63,977 nt of DNA, filler included, from Basidiobolus ranarum (GCA_040143965.1; 3 parts of 3 records of this genome joined end to end with filler, not necessarily neighbours in it), one strand, 5' to 3'; shown: positions 13,725 through 28,100, counted from the whole stretch's first letter. The notes: a model not told the origin generated them from the letters alone. A program made the numbers and translations.

Positions 13725-15156
13725 TTATCGATATCTAACGATAAAATGAAAATCAATAGGAAGATAGGCATTTACATATGTGATGAATCGCAGCCATTCC
13801 AAAAAGTTAGTTTGGTGAGTCACATGTCTAATATTTTCAACACTCATCAGTAGCTCATTCTCTCTTTTCGGCTTGCTGTTGGATGCAAAAATCACATGAA
13901 GGACCTCTTGCATTGCCTTCTATCTTTAAATCGTTTGACTGATCCGATGGTGAGTTCTTTCCGTGAATATAGTAAAATGACTGTACATTATATATTCACA
14001 TCCAAATCAATCGGGATTTGGAAGGGTGGTCTAAATCCTAACCCTGAGTGGAGATATCAAATCATAACTCGAAATCCATCCTTACCCTATATACATGATT
14101 AACCTCATCCCAATCTCACCGAACTTGGACATTAACTCAGCTCAAATACCTCTCACCAGGATACTGTGTAGCACACTCAATAGATAATTTCCATCGTTTC
14201 ATTGGTAGAATCGTCTTTCTGATCACTCGATATGATGCATGGAACTCACCAGAAAGCGCACGTTTCGTTACAGATACACAAAGAGCAATTGATTTAATTT
14301 CAATTGGTCGTTAGGCGCTATTTTATTAGCTATAAACCATTCAATATCCTTGAACTGGATAGACAATCTTTAGCAATAATGGTATGCATTGCACAGCATC
14401 TTGAGCCAGATTGGCGCCTTCAGGTTCAAACTTACTCCAAGGAGTTTTCAATTGCAAATCTTTTGAGGCCTACTTCCTGAATTTAGGATGCCAAAAATCA
14501 ACCACGAGCTCCTCCATATGATCATAATCCGCTATAGACACAATACCCGTTCAATAGACGCAATAATGATGTACACTTCATATTTGGACCAGTTTTCAAG
14601 AGTGTGCAGCAAGAAGCACCCTTAAAATGGCTAGAGTTATGCTCTGAATCATGGTTTTGCAGGTGTATTAGTAAATCCGCCAAGACTACTCTTGGTCTTT
14701 AAATTCATTTAAGAACGGAGTCCAAGTAGCATAGAATGTAGTCTGGTGCAATGTCTCAACTTGAGGCATCAAGTAAATCCGGAATCGTAGAGATGACTGG
14801 TTGGTTTAAATGCCCTAAATATATTAAAAATGAACAAATTTAAGAACAAAAGATCTCTTGCAATTTTAACTCGCGCTAGATCCAGTCAGTTCAAGGCCCC
14901 TGACCATTAAGAGATCCAGGCAGCATCTATTGGGAAGAAAGAATCTCTTCAAGGAATCTTTGTGAGTTGGATGATTCATGAACATTGCCTGTATCAATTC
15001 ATATATACAATATAGCAAAGGTGGAAGATTAACTCGTGAATCCAAGATCGAAGAGATCCACGTTGATCTCACATCCCCATCTTCTGTATCGATTAAGTCA
15101 CTTATGGTGATTTTAACTCCGACTGATACGTTTCCAGTTGGAGAATATTAAAACAT
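13725..15156 (-). pseudogene. Probable decayed protein-coding gene of unknown family
   Basis: ATG TTT TAA then ~95 open codons, and further protein-like stretches interrupted by stops down to the 13725-13913 ORF. No motif recognised. Confidence 0.3.
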
Positions 15157-15547
15157 AACGAGTGGAATGAGTTGAATGCATCAGATTAGACCGCGTATTT
15201 ATATAGTTAAAAATATATACAACATTTATACTAAATTACTATAGACAATAGCAATTGACCGAGCATAGTATTGTGCGTGTAAATGATGGATTTTGTGAGA
15301 TAGGGATGTTTTTCGGAATAAATGAGGGAAATGGATAGGAATATCATTCTATAATCAATCCGGGGGTAACACGAATCAGTATTAAGTATATCAAGTGGTT
15401 GGCTATGGGCAGTAATAGCAACTAAACTCATCAATAGTGTTAGTAGACCATCGAAGAAAAGAAAACAGCGGCGGAATAAATGGCAGCACGCGCTTAGTAG
15501 GATACAACGATTTGCTAGTCATGCAGCAAGGTGTCAGTAGTAGCGGT

Positions 15548-16243
15548 TTATAAGGCTTCATAAAATTGGGCGCAGACATCGTAAGCTTGAAAATTCAAGC
15601 GCATGAACGCCACATTTGCAAGCACTTGGTCAAAGTTTTCTTTGGTAAATGTCTTGATCCAATCATTGTCGTTATGATCGTAGAGCCAGCGTAACAAGGG
15701 CTCAAATGTATCTACACAAGGGATTTCCAAGCGGATCATCTCGTATTCTTCACCACACTCATCCACCATCTTTACAGGAATGACATCCTTGCAGATAATT
15801 TCATCGGCAGTTAGGGGGTGAATTGCAAACACAGATTTGCGAAATATATGCGAAAGCAACAGGCTTTCGGAAGTAAGCAGGAATTCATGAATCCAGAAAG
15901 ACTGGCGTTTGTGACGTTGATCATGAACTTCGAGAAGGCATCGAGTAGATTTGTGGTTATTGAACATTAGCGAGCCTAGTTTCTGACGATTCTCCAGGAT
16001 TTCGCTAACAGAGAGGCTCAGAGTGTCCGATATTTTGATTTTTTTTTCAGTTGTTGTAAGTGGCACAACTGCCTTTAGATTGGAGTGCACATCAGTACAT
16101 GGGGTGTTAATCAAAGCGGGCTATATAACGTAGAGATTAGACAAAAAATTCAAGCTGAGTAGGCCTGCATATTCACAACCATGATTGCTCTTTTACTCAG
16201 AGTAATTGGATTTTATTGTGAAGGATTTTACCTGTGTGAGCAT
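15548..16243 (-). CDS. Hypothetical protein with BTB/POZ-like region
   Basis: First exon ATG CTC ACA CAG, intron 16121-16231, then a long exon with FWIHEFLLTSES..F and EIPCVDTFEPLLRWLY...NFDQVLANVAFMRL, resembling BTB H...L...S..F and F..LL.WLY motifs. Confidence 0.65.
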
Positions 16244-18201
16244 TTCCACGTCGTTCAGTAATGTTTAGTCGAGTGTTTTGTAACTCACTCTTAGAAATCT
16301 CAAAAAGAAAGAACAATTCTTGAAGCACTATTTAATTGTGATCGGAGAGTTGGGATGATGAGAACCAAAGAATTCGTACCCGCTTATATAGAGAGCGAAT
16401 CAGCTGCGGCGCCAGAGGACAAAAGTATCGATCGATGGATACTGCAAAGAGAATACTCAGAGCATATGAAATATACGTGTTGGAAATGACCAGAGATAAT
16501 CGGCCCGCTTGTAGCAGAAATTTGATCGATATAACACTGTGACTCGAAAATATACTTGCAAATCTCTCAGATAATTAACCTGTGCGTATTGGGTGACAAA
16601 TCCCTTGCATAATTAACGCAAAAATCATGGTCGACACCAGGGAGCTTATGGAGCTGCCCTTAATAGGATTTAGGTTGCTGCGTTGGATTGCTTTCGTAGG
16701 TCCATAACCAACGAACTGCCACAAAATCAGCACCTCTATTGTGAATCTCTGATCGATTCGATCCAAAGAGGTGATTTACCAGACCCTATACGACTCCTGA
16801 ACCTGTCACAAAACATTCCCCTTCCTTACTAGTCTCGGAGGCACTGGATTTGTGCAAGTGCAGGTGGAGCACCTTGAACTAAATCAAGACAAACCTGTTT
16901 CTAAGATTTTGATCGACACAGCCTTAGCTCGAACGCCAAACGTACCCATACCTGATGATGCGACAGACAACTGAAGCTAAGAATCGAGTTGCCTGAGAAA
17001 TCTGCACGGCATGGCTGTACACTGCACAACTGGTCCAACATAACCAGAGGCATTCAACCTAATCAGTACATAGATGGGGCACCAAATTGAGTGTGATTAT
17101 CATGCAATTCCAAATATGGCACTGATGTCGAGAAGCACGCACAGATATGTGTGATGGTTCCACGATGGAAAGCTATGTGCCAGTAGGCAAAGATATGGGG
17201 TTCGATTTCGTACCTTCAAGTCTGGACTGACCAATCTCAATCAGTATCAACATTCCAAGGGCCAATGGAACAAGCATTTCGGATCCTTCTGAGTTTCTAC
17301 TGCGTTGCTACTCGGAAGCCCTACCGTTACTTTGAGATTCCACCTATGAACGACGCTCTGTTTGAAATGGCCGTTACGGGAAAAGGGGTTACTATAATAA
17401 CCAACGTAATGACAGGCTTTGTACACCTTTCTGTCTCAGCCATATATAGAACTAATGGGCATTAATCGATGAGTAGGTTTGAGTGAGAGCAATTAATCGG
17501 CCTCGTCTCCCCTTAATCTGGGATGTCCGCTTCGAGGACATAGTATTCCAGCATGCAACTTGGTCTCGCACAACATGAGTGCTCGGTAAGACATGGTGTC
17601 ATTCCTCTTGCTTAGTTTCACTGTTATTAAGTTGGGAATAAAATAGACTGATACCAATATCTTGATATATCTGATGGAATGTCCAATAGGGAATGGAAGG
17701 GTGAGTCTTCCCTATATTCCTGCGTTTTTCTTTGAAATATTGGTGTTGCTCGCTGTCTCATGAAAACAATCTAACAATACTATTAGTAATTTGCTTGACA
17801 TTAGAGCAAGTGCGTATTCGAATAAAATTTGCTAATTCTGATATAATTATGTAACTACTCCGATCTTACCCAATCTCATTCCGGCTACCCCGCGCCCTGT
17901 TCCTTTTAATCGACTTATTTGACCTTTATTCTTCGTCGCTCTCATTACGCTTGTTTATATATTTGATCTAAAGCGACTCTTTATCTCCACTTTTGCCAAC
18001 AATTTACTCATTGTTTCTCTTTCCCCTGCAAGTATCTTGAAATATCTCACTCTTTCCCTTCGTTTGCTGGATCCTGTTCTTCGAAATATTTAGTCAAATT
18101 CGGCCTAGTATACTTTCTAAATAACAATTTCTTTATCCCGCTCAGGGAAACGTCCATTTTGCAATTGTTATATATCAAATAGTAGCAAAGACCGGTTCAA
18201 A

Positions 18202-20494
18202 ATGTCTTCAAAATTTTCTTTCAAGTCCATGCCTGAGGCCAATAGCTACTTCTCTTTGCCGAGTGATTCTCCTATAACTCATACTTCACAAAGAGTTAAT
18301 AATGGTGTTCATAATGGCTCACAACCCAATTCACCTAATGGCTCAACCGTTGGGAGCCTAAACACTAACGGAGTAACTTTTGATCCTAGCAGTTTTGCCT
18401 TCAAAATGCCTTTTCAAAGAGGAAATCCTAAAATCTCCTCATCAATTCGAAAGCAGCCCACTACAAATGGACAAGCACCTGTAAATAACCTTTCACTGAA
18501 ATCTTTTTCCACCGACTTTATAGCCGATGTACTATTTTCCACCCATAAAGATGGTCCAAGAGAAGATTCACTGTTGTTGATCGATGTGCGCTCGTTTGCC
18601 CAATATAGTCGTGGCCGCATTAAGAAAGCCATTAATGTATGTATACCAAATACTTTGTTGAAGAGGGATTCTTTCAATCTTGACAAAATAAGTAGTTCTC
18701 TGGCCGAGAATGATCGTGAGACATGGCGTCGTTGGTCTAGCTTCTCATATATAGTGATTTACGGAGTAGATACTGATGTGGTATTAGATACCTCACCAAT
18801 TTACTATCTGATAAAAAAATTTCAAGTGGCTAACGCCGCTCTCAACATCGGCTGGATGAAAGGTAGTTTCAATTATTCAACTTTAATTAGAAATAGCAAC
18901 CTGATGATTTTTATTTAGATGGATTTGAAAACTTTCAAAAAAGGCATCCTGGTCTTTGTGAAAGCTCTGACGGTTCTAAATCCCCTTTGCCAAGGATCAA
19001 GGCGCTACCATCCCCTTCAAGTTTCTTATCAGTACCGCTTACTTGCCCCACACCCATGATTGAAAGTATGGCTAGCCCATTTTTCAATAGCATTCGTCCT
19101 CATCATGAGATTACCTGTGAACTTGGAGAGATTGTAGCCGTTCGAACACCAAACATTGCCCAATCGCTAATTTCAAAGCTACCTCCATTCCTCATTGACA
19201 TCGCCTACTCTCCAGACGGCAAAAACACAATATCCAAGCTCTTTCAGGTGGATATAATTCATAAATTTGAAGGAAATAACACAGGATTCGACCCTTCCAA
19301 CAACTTACTAACTTGATATTATATCTAGAAAATGGACAGAATAGAACAAAAAAGACTACAATCGCTAATGGTCACGCAAGTCCGCAACTTGAGTCAACCG
19401 AATCCTTACTGCATTGCCGCTGGAATCGAAAAGGGGTCCAAAAATAGATACAATAACATCTGGCCATATGAACATTCCCGAGTGAAACTACAAAATGTAA
19501 AGATGAATGAATCGGACTATATCAACGCTAGCTTCATTCGGGCAAAGGAATCTGTAAATAGCTACATTGCAACTCAGGCCCCTCTTCCTGCTACTTTTGG
19601 TGACTTTTGGAAGATGATTTGGGAGCAGAACACCCGAGTGATTATCATGCTGACTAAAGAAGAGGAAGCAGGCAGGGTAAGTGTTACGCTTAGTAGATGA
19701 ACTTGAGCATTTCATTTGAGTAACACGTTAATTAGGTTAAATGCCATCGTTATTGGCCAACTTTCCCTGACCAGATAATGTCAGTTGGCGAGTATTTTCA
19801 GATTAGACTTGCTGGTGAAACCATGCCTGTGGAAGCTGAATCAACCATTATGGCTCGCAGATTTTTGTTGACTCACACAGGAACCCAAGAAATGCGTGAG
19901 ATATTCCAATTACATTTCGTCGGCTGGCCAGACTTTGGAATTCCTGACAGTCCTGTCAGCGTGTTGCGACTTCGAGATCTAGCTAACAAACTACAAACCG
20001 ATCACAACTACGGTCCAATGTTGGTCCATTGTAGTGCTGGGTGTGGACGCACAGGTGCCTTTTGTACTATCGACACCGTTATAGCATCTTGCGAAAGGAA
20101 CCTGGAATCGTCTGAGGATTATGTTGTCCGGGTAGTTGATCAACTTCGGGATCAACGACTATCCATGGTTCAGACTCTTCGGCAATTCGTTTTCTGCTAC
20201 GAGGCTATGTTGTGGAGGATTCTTGGAGTACCTGAGTGCTTTGAATTGGTACCAAGCATAGATTTCGACCATCCTAAAGGCAACTTTGCTCATTTTGTTC
20301 AGGCCAGTACCAACATCAAAACACCTGGACCAAGTTTAGTATCCACTTCAGCAAATATAAACTCAGCCTCTAGCAACTCGAAATTTGAGCTTAAACTACC
20401 TGCTATGTCTCCTGCACCCACACCCTACTTCACCCCACTTGGAACCACCTCGGCGTTATCTTTGGATGATGCCAGACGGGATTCCTACTTTTGA
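18202..20494 (+). CDS. Rhodanese-domain classical protein tyrosine phosphatase (Ptp2/Ptp3/Pyp1-like MAPK phosphatase)
   Basis: Rhodanese/KIM region LLLIDVRSFAQYSRGRIKKAINVCIPNTLLKR; KNRYNNIWPY, DYINAS, YIATQAP, DFWKMIWEQ, WPD loop, VHCSAGCGRTG, MVQTLRQF. Three introns. Confidence 0.95.
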
Positions 20495-21328
20495 AAGGAG
20501 ATTGTGTATTAAACTGTATTACTGTTCACATTTTTCAGAATATTGATATTTTCACTCTGCTCTAGTCGCCTTTGTTTTGTAGCTTCCCCAAATTTTCTGC
20601 GCTTCCTATATTTTATTGTGATTGATCATCGTGTTCTCTTAATATCATCTAATGCATCCATTGTTTTTTCCAACAGTAAATACTACATTGACTAGTATCA
20701 GCCTGCTTGTTGGCATTATCAGCTTAAAAGAACGAAGATAGCTGTGAATCAGTTGGATTTTTTATTTCCTACCTTGGGTTGATTCTTATTTGCCCCAATA
20801 GGGTTAGAACTCCTCTTCATCTGACCCAGTCACTATTCCACCTACTTGATGGATAAACTTTTGACTTGAGTTCATGCTAGCCTGACCTAACTTTTGTAGT
20901 CGGGGATATCTCTTTACATCCTGTATTAAACAGTATCAAATTTGAAAAATAGTACCACCAAAATCACATCCAAGATTCCACTGGGACCCGGGGCAACATA
21001 TATGGGATATATATTACGATGTATACGATGTCCACCTGTGAATACAAGGTCCGACCAAATCGAGAATCATCCGTATCTTGATGTAGTTAGTCATCATCCA
21101 GTCAGTTGATGACGAACCAATTGATAACGAATTAATGACATTTCCCATTGAATGACGTCATGATACCCGCAGCTTCGTGTTACCTGGGACCTGGCCTGTA
21201 CCTTGAACATCTGAAGTATTAAGCTAAACGCTAGTCAGGTGAGAGCCTGCATTATCATCCCATGTATATTTCAATTTAGTGAGAACTAGTAATAATAGAG
21301 TAAATAATGTTAAAGTATTTTGGGAGCC

Positions 21329-21636
21329 TGTTGGAAGTGGTTTGGAGAACTAGAGAAATTGGTGGTTTTCATTTATCGATTTCTTGTGTAGAAAGTTGAC
21401 ATTTTTACTTTTGTAAAGACGTAAACAAACTAGTGAGTGGAATGTGTTGAGGAAAGTCCCAGGAACATGTGTACAAAGTTTGGGGCTTCTAGCACAGGTT
21501 ATTAAAATCTATATATCTGAGAACTTCAAGTAAATTCCGACATCAAATAATGGGAGATATCTTAGTTCAATATAGGATAACTAAATACTAAGCTATGTAT
21601 GACTATATAGATGTTTAGGCAATGCTAATTTCAACA
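21329..21636 (+). mobile_element. Best-preserved copia-like LTR (308 bp)
   Basis: Starts TGTTGGAA and ends TTTCAACA (imperfect inverted termini, TG..CA); internal TATATA; preceded by TTTTGGGAGCC (degenerate PPT-like); high similarity to 6264-6571. Confidence 0.7.
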
Positions 21637-22002
21637 AACAAGTAGCTGAAAGAGGTGGGGCTTTTTGATGATAATTTCTTCCACTATCTGAGAATAGAAT
21701 TACTTAGGAAATTGTCAGACTCCATACTTGCTATATGGCTCCAAGTAATTTGTGTTGATCCTGAGAAATTATCCCATTTAAAAGATGTATGATATCTATC
21801 TCCAACATTGCTGCTTATATGTTACAATACATTCTACATAAATGAGGATGCTTATTGAGGTTGTTGGTAACCCACATATCTCTAGGATATTCTGTTGGAT
21901 AATTAATCTTTATTCAACATCATAGTTAACTTTAGTTATGATACATATATCAGAAACAGAAAGCAACGTATCTATAGCCCCTATATTCTAAATAGGAATA
22001 TC

Positions 22003-22102
22003 NNNNNNNNNNNNNNNNNNNNNNNNNNNNNNNNNNNNNNNNNNNNTTAATTAATTAANNNNNNNNNNNNNNNNNNNNNNNNNNNNNNNNNNNNNNNNNN
22101 NN
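22003..22102. other. Assembly gap (100 nt) with TTAATTAATTAA linker
   Basis: N44-TTAATTAATTAA-N44, identical in form to 43951-44050. Confidence 0.98.
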
Positions 22103-23784
22103 AGAAGAGTTCCTGACAAGATTCCAACAGCCGCTTGGTTTATCATCATAAGTAAGTTCACGTTAAGCCATGTAGTATTGCTGTGATTTCAATGCTAACT
22201 TTGATTCATTGTAGATGAGTTCTGTGAACGATTTGCTTACTATGGAGGCTCTGCACCCTTTACTAATTATGTTCAATTCGGTCCAAACGACCCTGAGCAG
22301 GCTGGAGCATTAGACATGGGCCAAGGAACATCTAATGCCTTGAAGCAGTTCTTCACATTTTTCTGTTACTTCACACCATTGGTTGGTGCCGTAATCTCTG
22401 ACCAGTACCTTGGAAAATACAGAACCATTTTGATCTTTTCAATGATTTACTCCGTCGGTTGGATAATCTTAACTTTAACCTCCATTCCTGAAGCGTTAAA
22501 GGCCGGGGCCGGATTGCCTGGATATATCGTGGCTCTGATCGTGATCGGCTTCGGTACTGGTGGTATCAAACCGCTAGTCTCACCCATGGCAGCTGATCAG
22601 TATCCCAGCAAGCAGCTTGAGGTGAGGGTAATCAAAGGAGAGCGGGTGGTGATCGACCCCGGGCTTAGTACTCAGCATTTGTATAATTGGTTTTACTGGT
22701 CTATCAATGTCGGCTCTCTTGTTGGAGGAATTTTGAGTCCTCAGCTCGAGGTTCATGTTGGTTTCTGGCTGGCATATCTAGTCCCAGCTGTAATGTTTTT
22801 AATATCTGTGATCGTTTTTGTGATGGGTCGCAAGAGATACACCAATGTACCACCAAGTGGAGAATCAACCATTGTTAAGGGGTGGAAATGCTATAGCTAT
22901 GGTCTGCGTCGTTACCGCAAGGCCACAATTAAGCCAGCCTCTCCTCTGGATGCGGCCAAGGATGACCCAAGTGAGACTGAGGCAGAACGAGCGTCCAAGA
23001 TGTGGGATGACACTTTTGTTGATGACTTGAAACAGGCACTAATGGCCTGTAAAAGTGAGTAATATGTGACACAATATTGTAAGTTAACTTGATTCAATAA
23101 CTGATCCATTGTTTCTTTATAGTTTTCATTCCATTGACCGTCTACTGTATTTCATACAATCAGATTACCAGTAATCTGCTCTCTCAGGCAGCAGTTATGG
23201 ATCTTCCACGCAACATACCCAACGACATTATGTCCAACATCAACCCCATCGCTCTACTCATATTCATCCCACTCCTTGATGTCCTGGTCTATCCTTTCCT
23301 TCGCAAGGTCAATCTCAATCCTCGTCCAATGGTTCGAATCACTCTCGGATTCATGCTTGGTGCATTGGCCATGATGGCATCTGCCATTGTACAGAACGAA
23401 GTGTATCGTCGACAGGACCTCAACCTTCCAAAGCTCAATGTGTGGTGGCAAATACCTGCCTATGTTCTAATTGCCTTGTCAGAAATCTTTGCCTCGATCA
23501 CGTCCATCGAGTATTCTTACACTCACGCACCCGACTCACTCAAGGGCTTGGTCTCGGCCATGGCGTTACTTCCGAATGCACTCTCAGCACTGATCACCAT
23601 TTTCTTGACACCCATATCTCAGGATCCATATCTTACCTGGAATTATGGTGGTATTGCCATTGTAACTTTTGTAGTAGGAGGATTGTTCTGGTGGGGATTC
23701 AGACATTACGATGATATTGATGAGGAAACCAAGAAAAATCGTACATTTGAAATATCAAATTCGGAAAAATCCCTGACGGCATAA
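22103..23784 (+). CDS. PTR2: POT/PTR-family di/tripeptide transporter (5' end missing in gap)
   Basis: EFCERFAYYG (ExxER motif), GAVISDQYLGKYRTI, GFGTGGIKP, FYWSINVGSL, WQIPAYVLIALSEIFASITSIEYSYTHAP; multiple hydrophobic helices. Confidence 0.93.
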
Positions 23785-23999
23785 TCACTTCCCCAGATTT
23801 TCTAATTGAATTTACTATTTGAATTCGTAAAGACCATTTGTAAATTGTTTCCTCTTTCTCTTCCCCTTCCCCTTCCTATTTCTTAATTTTATCATTCTAA
23901 TAAAGCTTTATATTTGCTTCTAACTTCTCTAATAAGTACATATATTAACCAAAAAAGTGAATGGGAATTTCTAAAGTGAGTGAGTGAATGGAAAGTATG

Positions 24000-24290
24000 C
24001 TAATGACTAGGATTCGTTTGATGAATGTGAAGATAAAATCGAAGTCTGGAATCTACATTGGATTTTTGTTTTGCTTGACGAGCACGTCGAATAAACATGG
24101 TAGCATCATGAAGAAATTGTTTAGCTTGGGAAGTAGATGTGATAGAAGAGTAACTTTGAACCGATGATGCCACTGAAGAGATTGAAAGTGATCTAGTAAT
24201 CCCAGGGGGTTCCGGGATTTCTCGTCTGGAGGCCAACATATCGTAAAATGTTTCAACATCTTGTAAGAAATTGTTGGATAAAACTTGCAT
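24000..24290 (-). CDS. Small hypothetical protein (96 aa)
   Basis: Intronless ATG ORF with TATAAA about 100 nt upstream on the minus strand and a Ser-rich centre; convergent with PTR2. Confidence 0.5.
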   Translation of the reverse strand: MQVLSNNFLQDVETFYDMLASRREIPEPPGITRSLSISSVASSVQSYSSITSTSQAKQFLHDATMFIRRARQAKQKSNVDSRLRFYLHIHQTNPSH

Positions 24291-25166
24291 CTTATGTCTC
24301 TAAGAGGAATATAGAATGAATAGTTATAATAAGCTAGAGAGTCTAGAGAAATGATACTTTTGGGAAGTAGTTACCAAGGTATTGCTTCCTTTATAGGATT
24401 TCTCGAGAGAAGCTGTAATTCAGTCAATAAAGGGAACATTCCGACATTGAATGGCAACTGAATCTGTTTACAACTGGTGTGATTAAGCATACGAAAAACT
24501 CCCGATTTTTATCACTATTCAACATATTGAATAGGTGCATAGTCATGCAATGGATTTTACCCAATCGATTAAAGAATGTGGCTTTGGGTAAATAATCCAC
24601 GAAGATCTGCACACTATATATATACATACTCTTTTGGTTCAAAGATACATTGGATATATTTGGTAGTCAAGAAGATCTCAATTGTGAAATACCCATGTAA
24701 CCTTAAATCCCTACTGCACTACATGAACAATAAGCTCTGAATACACTCAATCTTCTCACGCTTGGATCTCCAACACAATACACTGGGAATACCTATTCAA
24801 TAAGTAATTCGATATCTGGTCAGTCAACTCATGATACTGATAATATACAATGGTATTATGATTTTCATACACTACATGTTGCGTAGAGCAGAGAGTTAAC
24901 CAGGTAATAACATTTTAATTTCACTCGTCAATATGAGTACATTTTGCTATTAATCACCAAGGTCACATAGTGTATTTTGGATATTATTAGTGATGGGTGA
25001 AATTCAACATGAACAAAGTAATTAAAAGGTGAAGACGAATGTGAAGTATTGTCTTAGGGGAAGGGATAATTTACGAACACTATTACAGTAAACCAAGTGT
25101 TTTGGATGATATGAACAAGAACAGCGTAGAAAAGACCTTTCTATCAACTTATTTTCACCAATATTT

Positions 25167-28100
25167 CTAAACACCCTGGATAACGAATCTACCTTGGGGA
25201 CTGACAGTACCTTCAACAGTAAGCACTGGCTCATAAAAGAACGATACTATGAAGACAAGGTAACTAAGGCAAAGAATAGATCCTTTGAAGTAGTTACTCT
25301 TTCCTTCCGAATAAGTATATGTTAGCAAGAAAATCGAGAAGAGCACAGTGATAACGTCCCAGCGAGGGAAAATCATCGTAAAAGTGTTGTGAATTCCTTC
25401 TATAATCCCTTGACTATGCCAGGCAGAGAATGCTACCAATGCGGGGATTTGTAACAAACTGACTTGAACAGCATAGGCAGAGCCAATTTCCAAACTGAGC
25501 GCAATGTTTCCATACATGGCAAAAGATATGGCGTTCATGAATTCCGTAACATTAGGTACAAGTGCAAACAAGGTAAGTCCCAAGAATTTCTCCTCAATGT
25601 TCATTCCCTCTATGACAACATCCACGGAAGCAACCAGTAACTCTGCAATCGCAGCGAAAAGAACGGTAGAGGATAAGAGTATGAAAGTGGATTTCTTATT
25701 TCCCCATTCGGGTGCATCATGACCACCGTGTTCGTCATCATCATCATCGTCGTATGGATCCTCGTTGTTCTCGATAGTATCAAACACATTCGCTGGTAGA
25801 GGGTTGATATTAGAAGCTCCCAAGCCTTCACCATTGGTGTTAGTATTGGGATCTACAGCACTTCCTTCCACATTGTTAAGGCCCTGTTGTTCCATAGCAT
25901 TTGTTGCAGCATATTGATGTTGAGGAATAATCTGCTGAAGTAATCTTTGATATATAGATGCCCGGTTTTTTTTGGAATTAGATGGGTGGGGTTGATGATA
26001 TATATGCTTGACATGGGTTTTTAGTGTAAACCATAGACCGATGAGATACGCTAAAGGCAAGATTGCAGCGCAAATATACATCAACGGCTTAGCACTGTTG
26101 TTATAGAATGGATCCCGGGTAGGATGAAGTTGATTATAGGAGCATTGTTGACATGCCCAGTTACTCTCACTCCCTATGTTGGTGGGGCAATCCGAACACT
26201 GAAGTTCAAATGTGCCATATATTTGGTAGAAAAGAGTGGGCGTAAAAACACCAATGAGTGACATAATAAGGAATGTGGTCGTTACACCTAGAAAACAAAG
26301 TTGAGTATCACAAATACATCATCAATAAAATAGTTGCAATATTTACTTGCGCTCTTGGCATTAAATTTTTGAATTTTCTTCTTCAATCCACCAGTGAGCA
26401 TACTGAGACCAGGCATAAGTAAAAGACCTGCGAGGAAACTACCGATAATACTGCCTTCAACTAAAACTCCTTTTCCGTCTGCGATAGCCATTCCGTAGAG
26501 AATGATTTCAACAATACTGCCAAAGGTAGCATTAATGACTGCACCCATCCCGAGTGAGCTTTGAGCACTAATCGACGACACAGCCATACCAATAAAGTAA
26601 GCAAGAGGGAGCACCGAAAATAAGCAGAGAGTGAAAATAACTCCAGGCTGTGCAATAGGTGCTTCGTGATTAGTCCAGGGTGCGATGACATGAGCATCGA
26701 ATAAAACGAAGAACACCAGAGGCAGCAAATTGATGAACATTATGTTTATACCATCATAAGTATACTTGTAATATTGGAGACCGATTGCCTTGTAAGTGCA
26801 AAGGAGGATCTGGGAGTTGGGTGTACGAGGACCATAAAGGGCACACCCATCTTTAAAATGCAATCTCAACGGGGTTCGTCTTAGGTGTTTCTTGATAACA
26901 TGGGTGAGCTTAGCCATTGGTACCGAAATCACGAAGAACCAGCAGAGAGCGGATACAATCGTTAGAAGAGGAGCTATAATGCAAACGACAATTAGATAGA
27001 AATTTCATGTGTGTTTCTTATTCTACCTACTCACCAATAATAAACGTCAACAAAAAGTAGTAAACGAAACCACCAAAAGATAACTGAGACCAAGGGGTAA
27101 CTTTAGGCTTGGATCTCGGACGATTAAGAAGAGGATCTTGATCGTGTGCCTCGTCATCAGACTCTCCGTTAAGATGAGGGACTGTGCCAGAATGGGGACG
27201 AGTGTAAACACCGCCACTCTCAACGGAATTGGTCCACGCTAGGTCAAGGAAATGATTGTCTAAATGTTGCGGAGCTACATCGGAAGGGGCGTCCTCGATG
27301 CCCTCGACGTATCTTCCGAAAGGCCAAAATAGATACCATGATAACCCACGGACCACCCGCGCATATTCTTTACCCCCATATGGGGTAAAGTTAAGGAAAA
27401 TAGATACAAGCAAACAGACTATGGCAAGCCACCATCCAAACAATAGTGTCCAAAGAATGTTCCCGGGGTATAAGTAGAGCTCACCGGTAGGTGAGGGTAT
27501 GGAATGTAAAGCGAAATAGGCACTTCGGGTGACACTACGGGATTTTTTATACAGAGCTGGTTTCCAGAGCGGCAAACCAAAAGGATGGCTTGTATTTATG
27601 GCCTAAGTATATTCAACAATAAGCAAATACTTCGATCAATATTAATGACACATGAAATACCTCTTGTCTATCCTTCAAGGTCATCTCCCTATCGCTGTCA
27701 GCATCATCGTTTTCTTCCTCTGAGCCAACTTCGTAATGTACATTCTCATCTTCATCGGAATTGGTACTACGATGTTTCGCCTTATGGCCTCTTCTTTGTG
27801 AGCTCTGGCGACTATGGCGACTATAGCGACGCTTATGGTTATCTTCATCGCTACTACTGGAGCTTGCAGAAAGCATAGAGTTACGCCTGGAAGTGGCTCT
27901 TGAGCGACTCTTACGATAGTGCATAGAGCTCTTAGATTTCTGGTGATGAAGAGAACTTTTTTTAGGAGTGGTTGGGCTAGAACAGTGTGAAGGACGGGAA
28001 CCATGGACGTTTATCAAAGTATCTGTAGCTACAACAGGAACAGATAATCCAGGCTGAGAAAAGTTAGCAGCTTGTTGCTCAGCTGAAGCGCCCTCTTGAG

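Noticed and set aside
17195-17215. GGTTCGATT T-loop-like motif
   Set aside because: No cloverleaf or A-box could be built around it; no tRNA called.
22047-22058. TTAATTAATTAA palindrome inside N runs (also 43995-44006)
   Set aside because: Identical artificial gap linker with stops in all frames; not biological.
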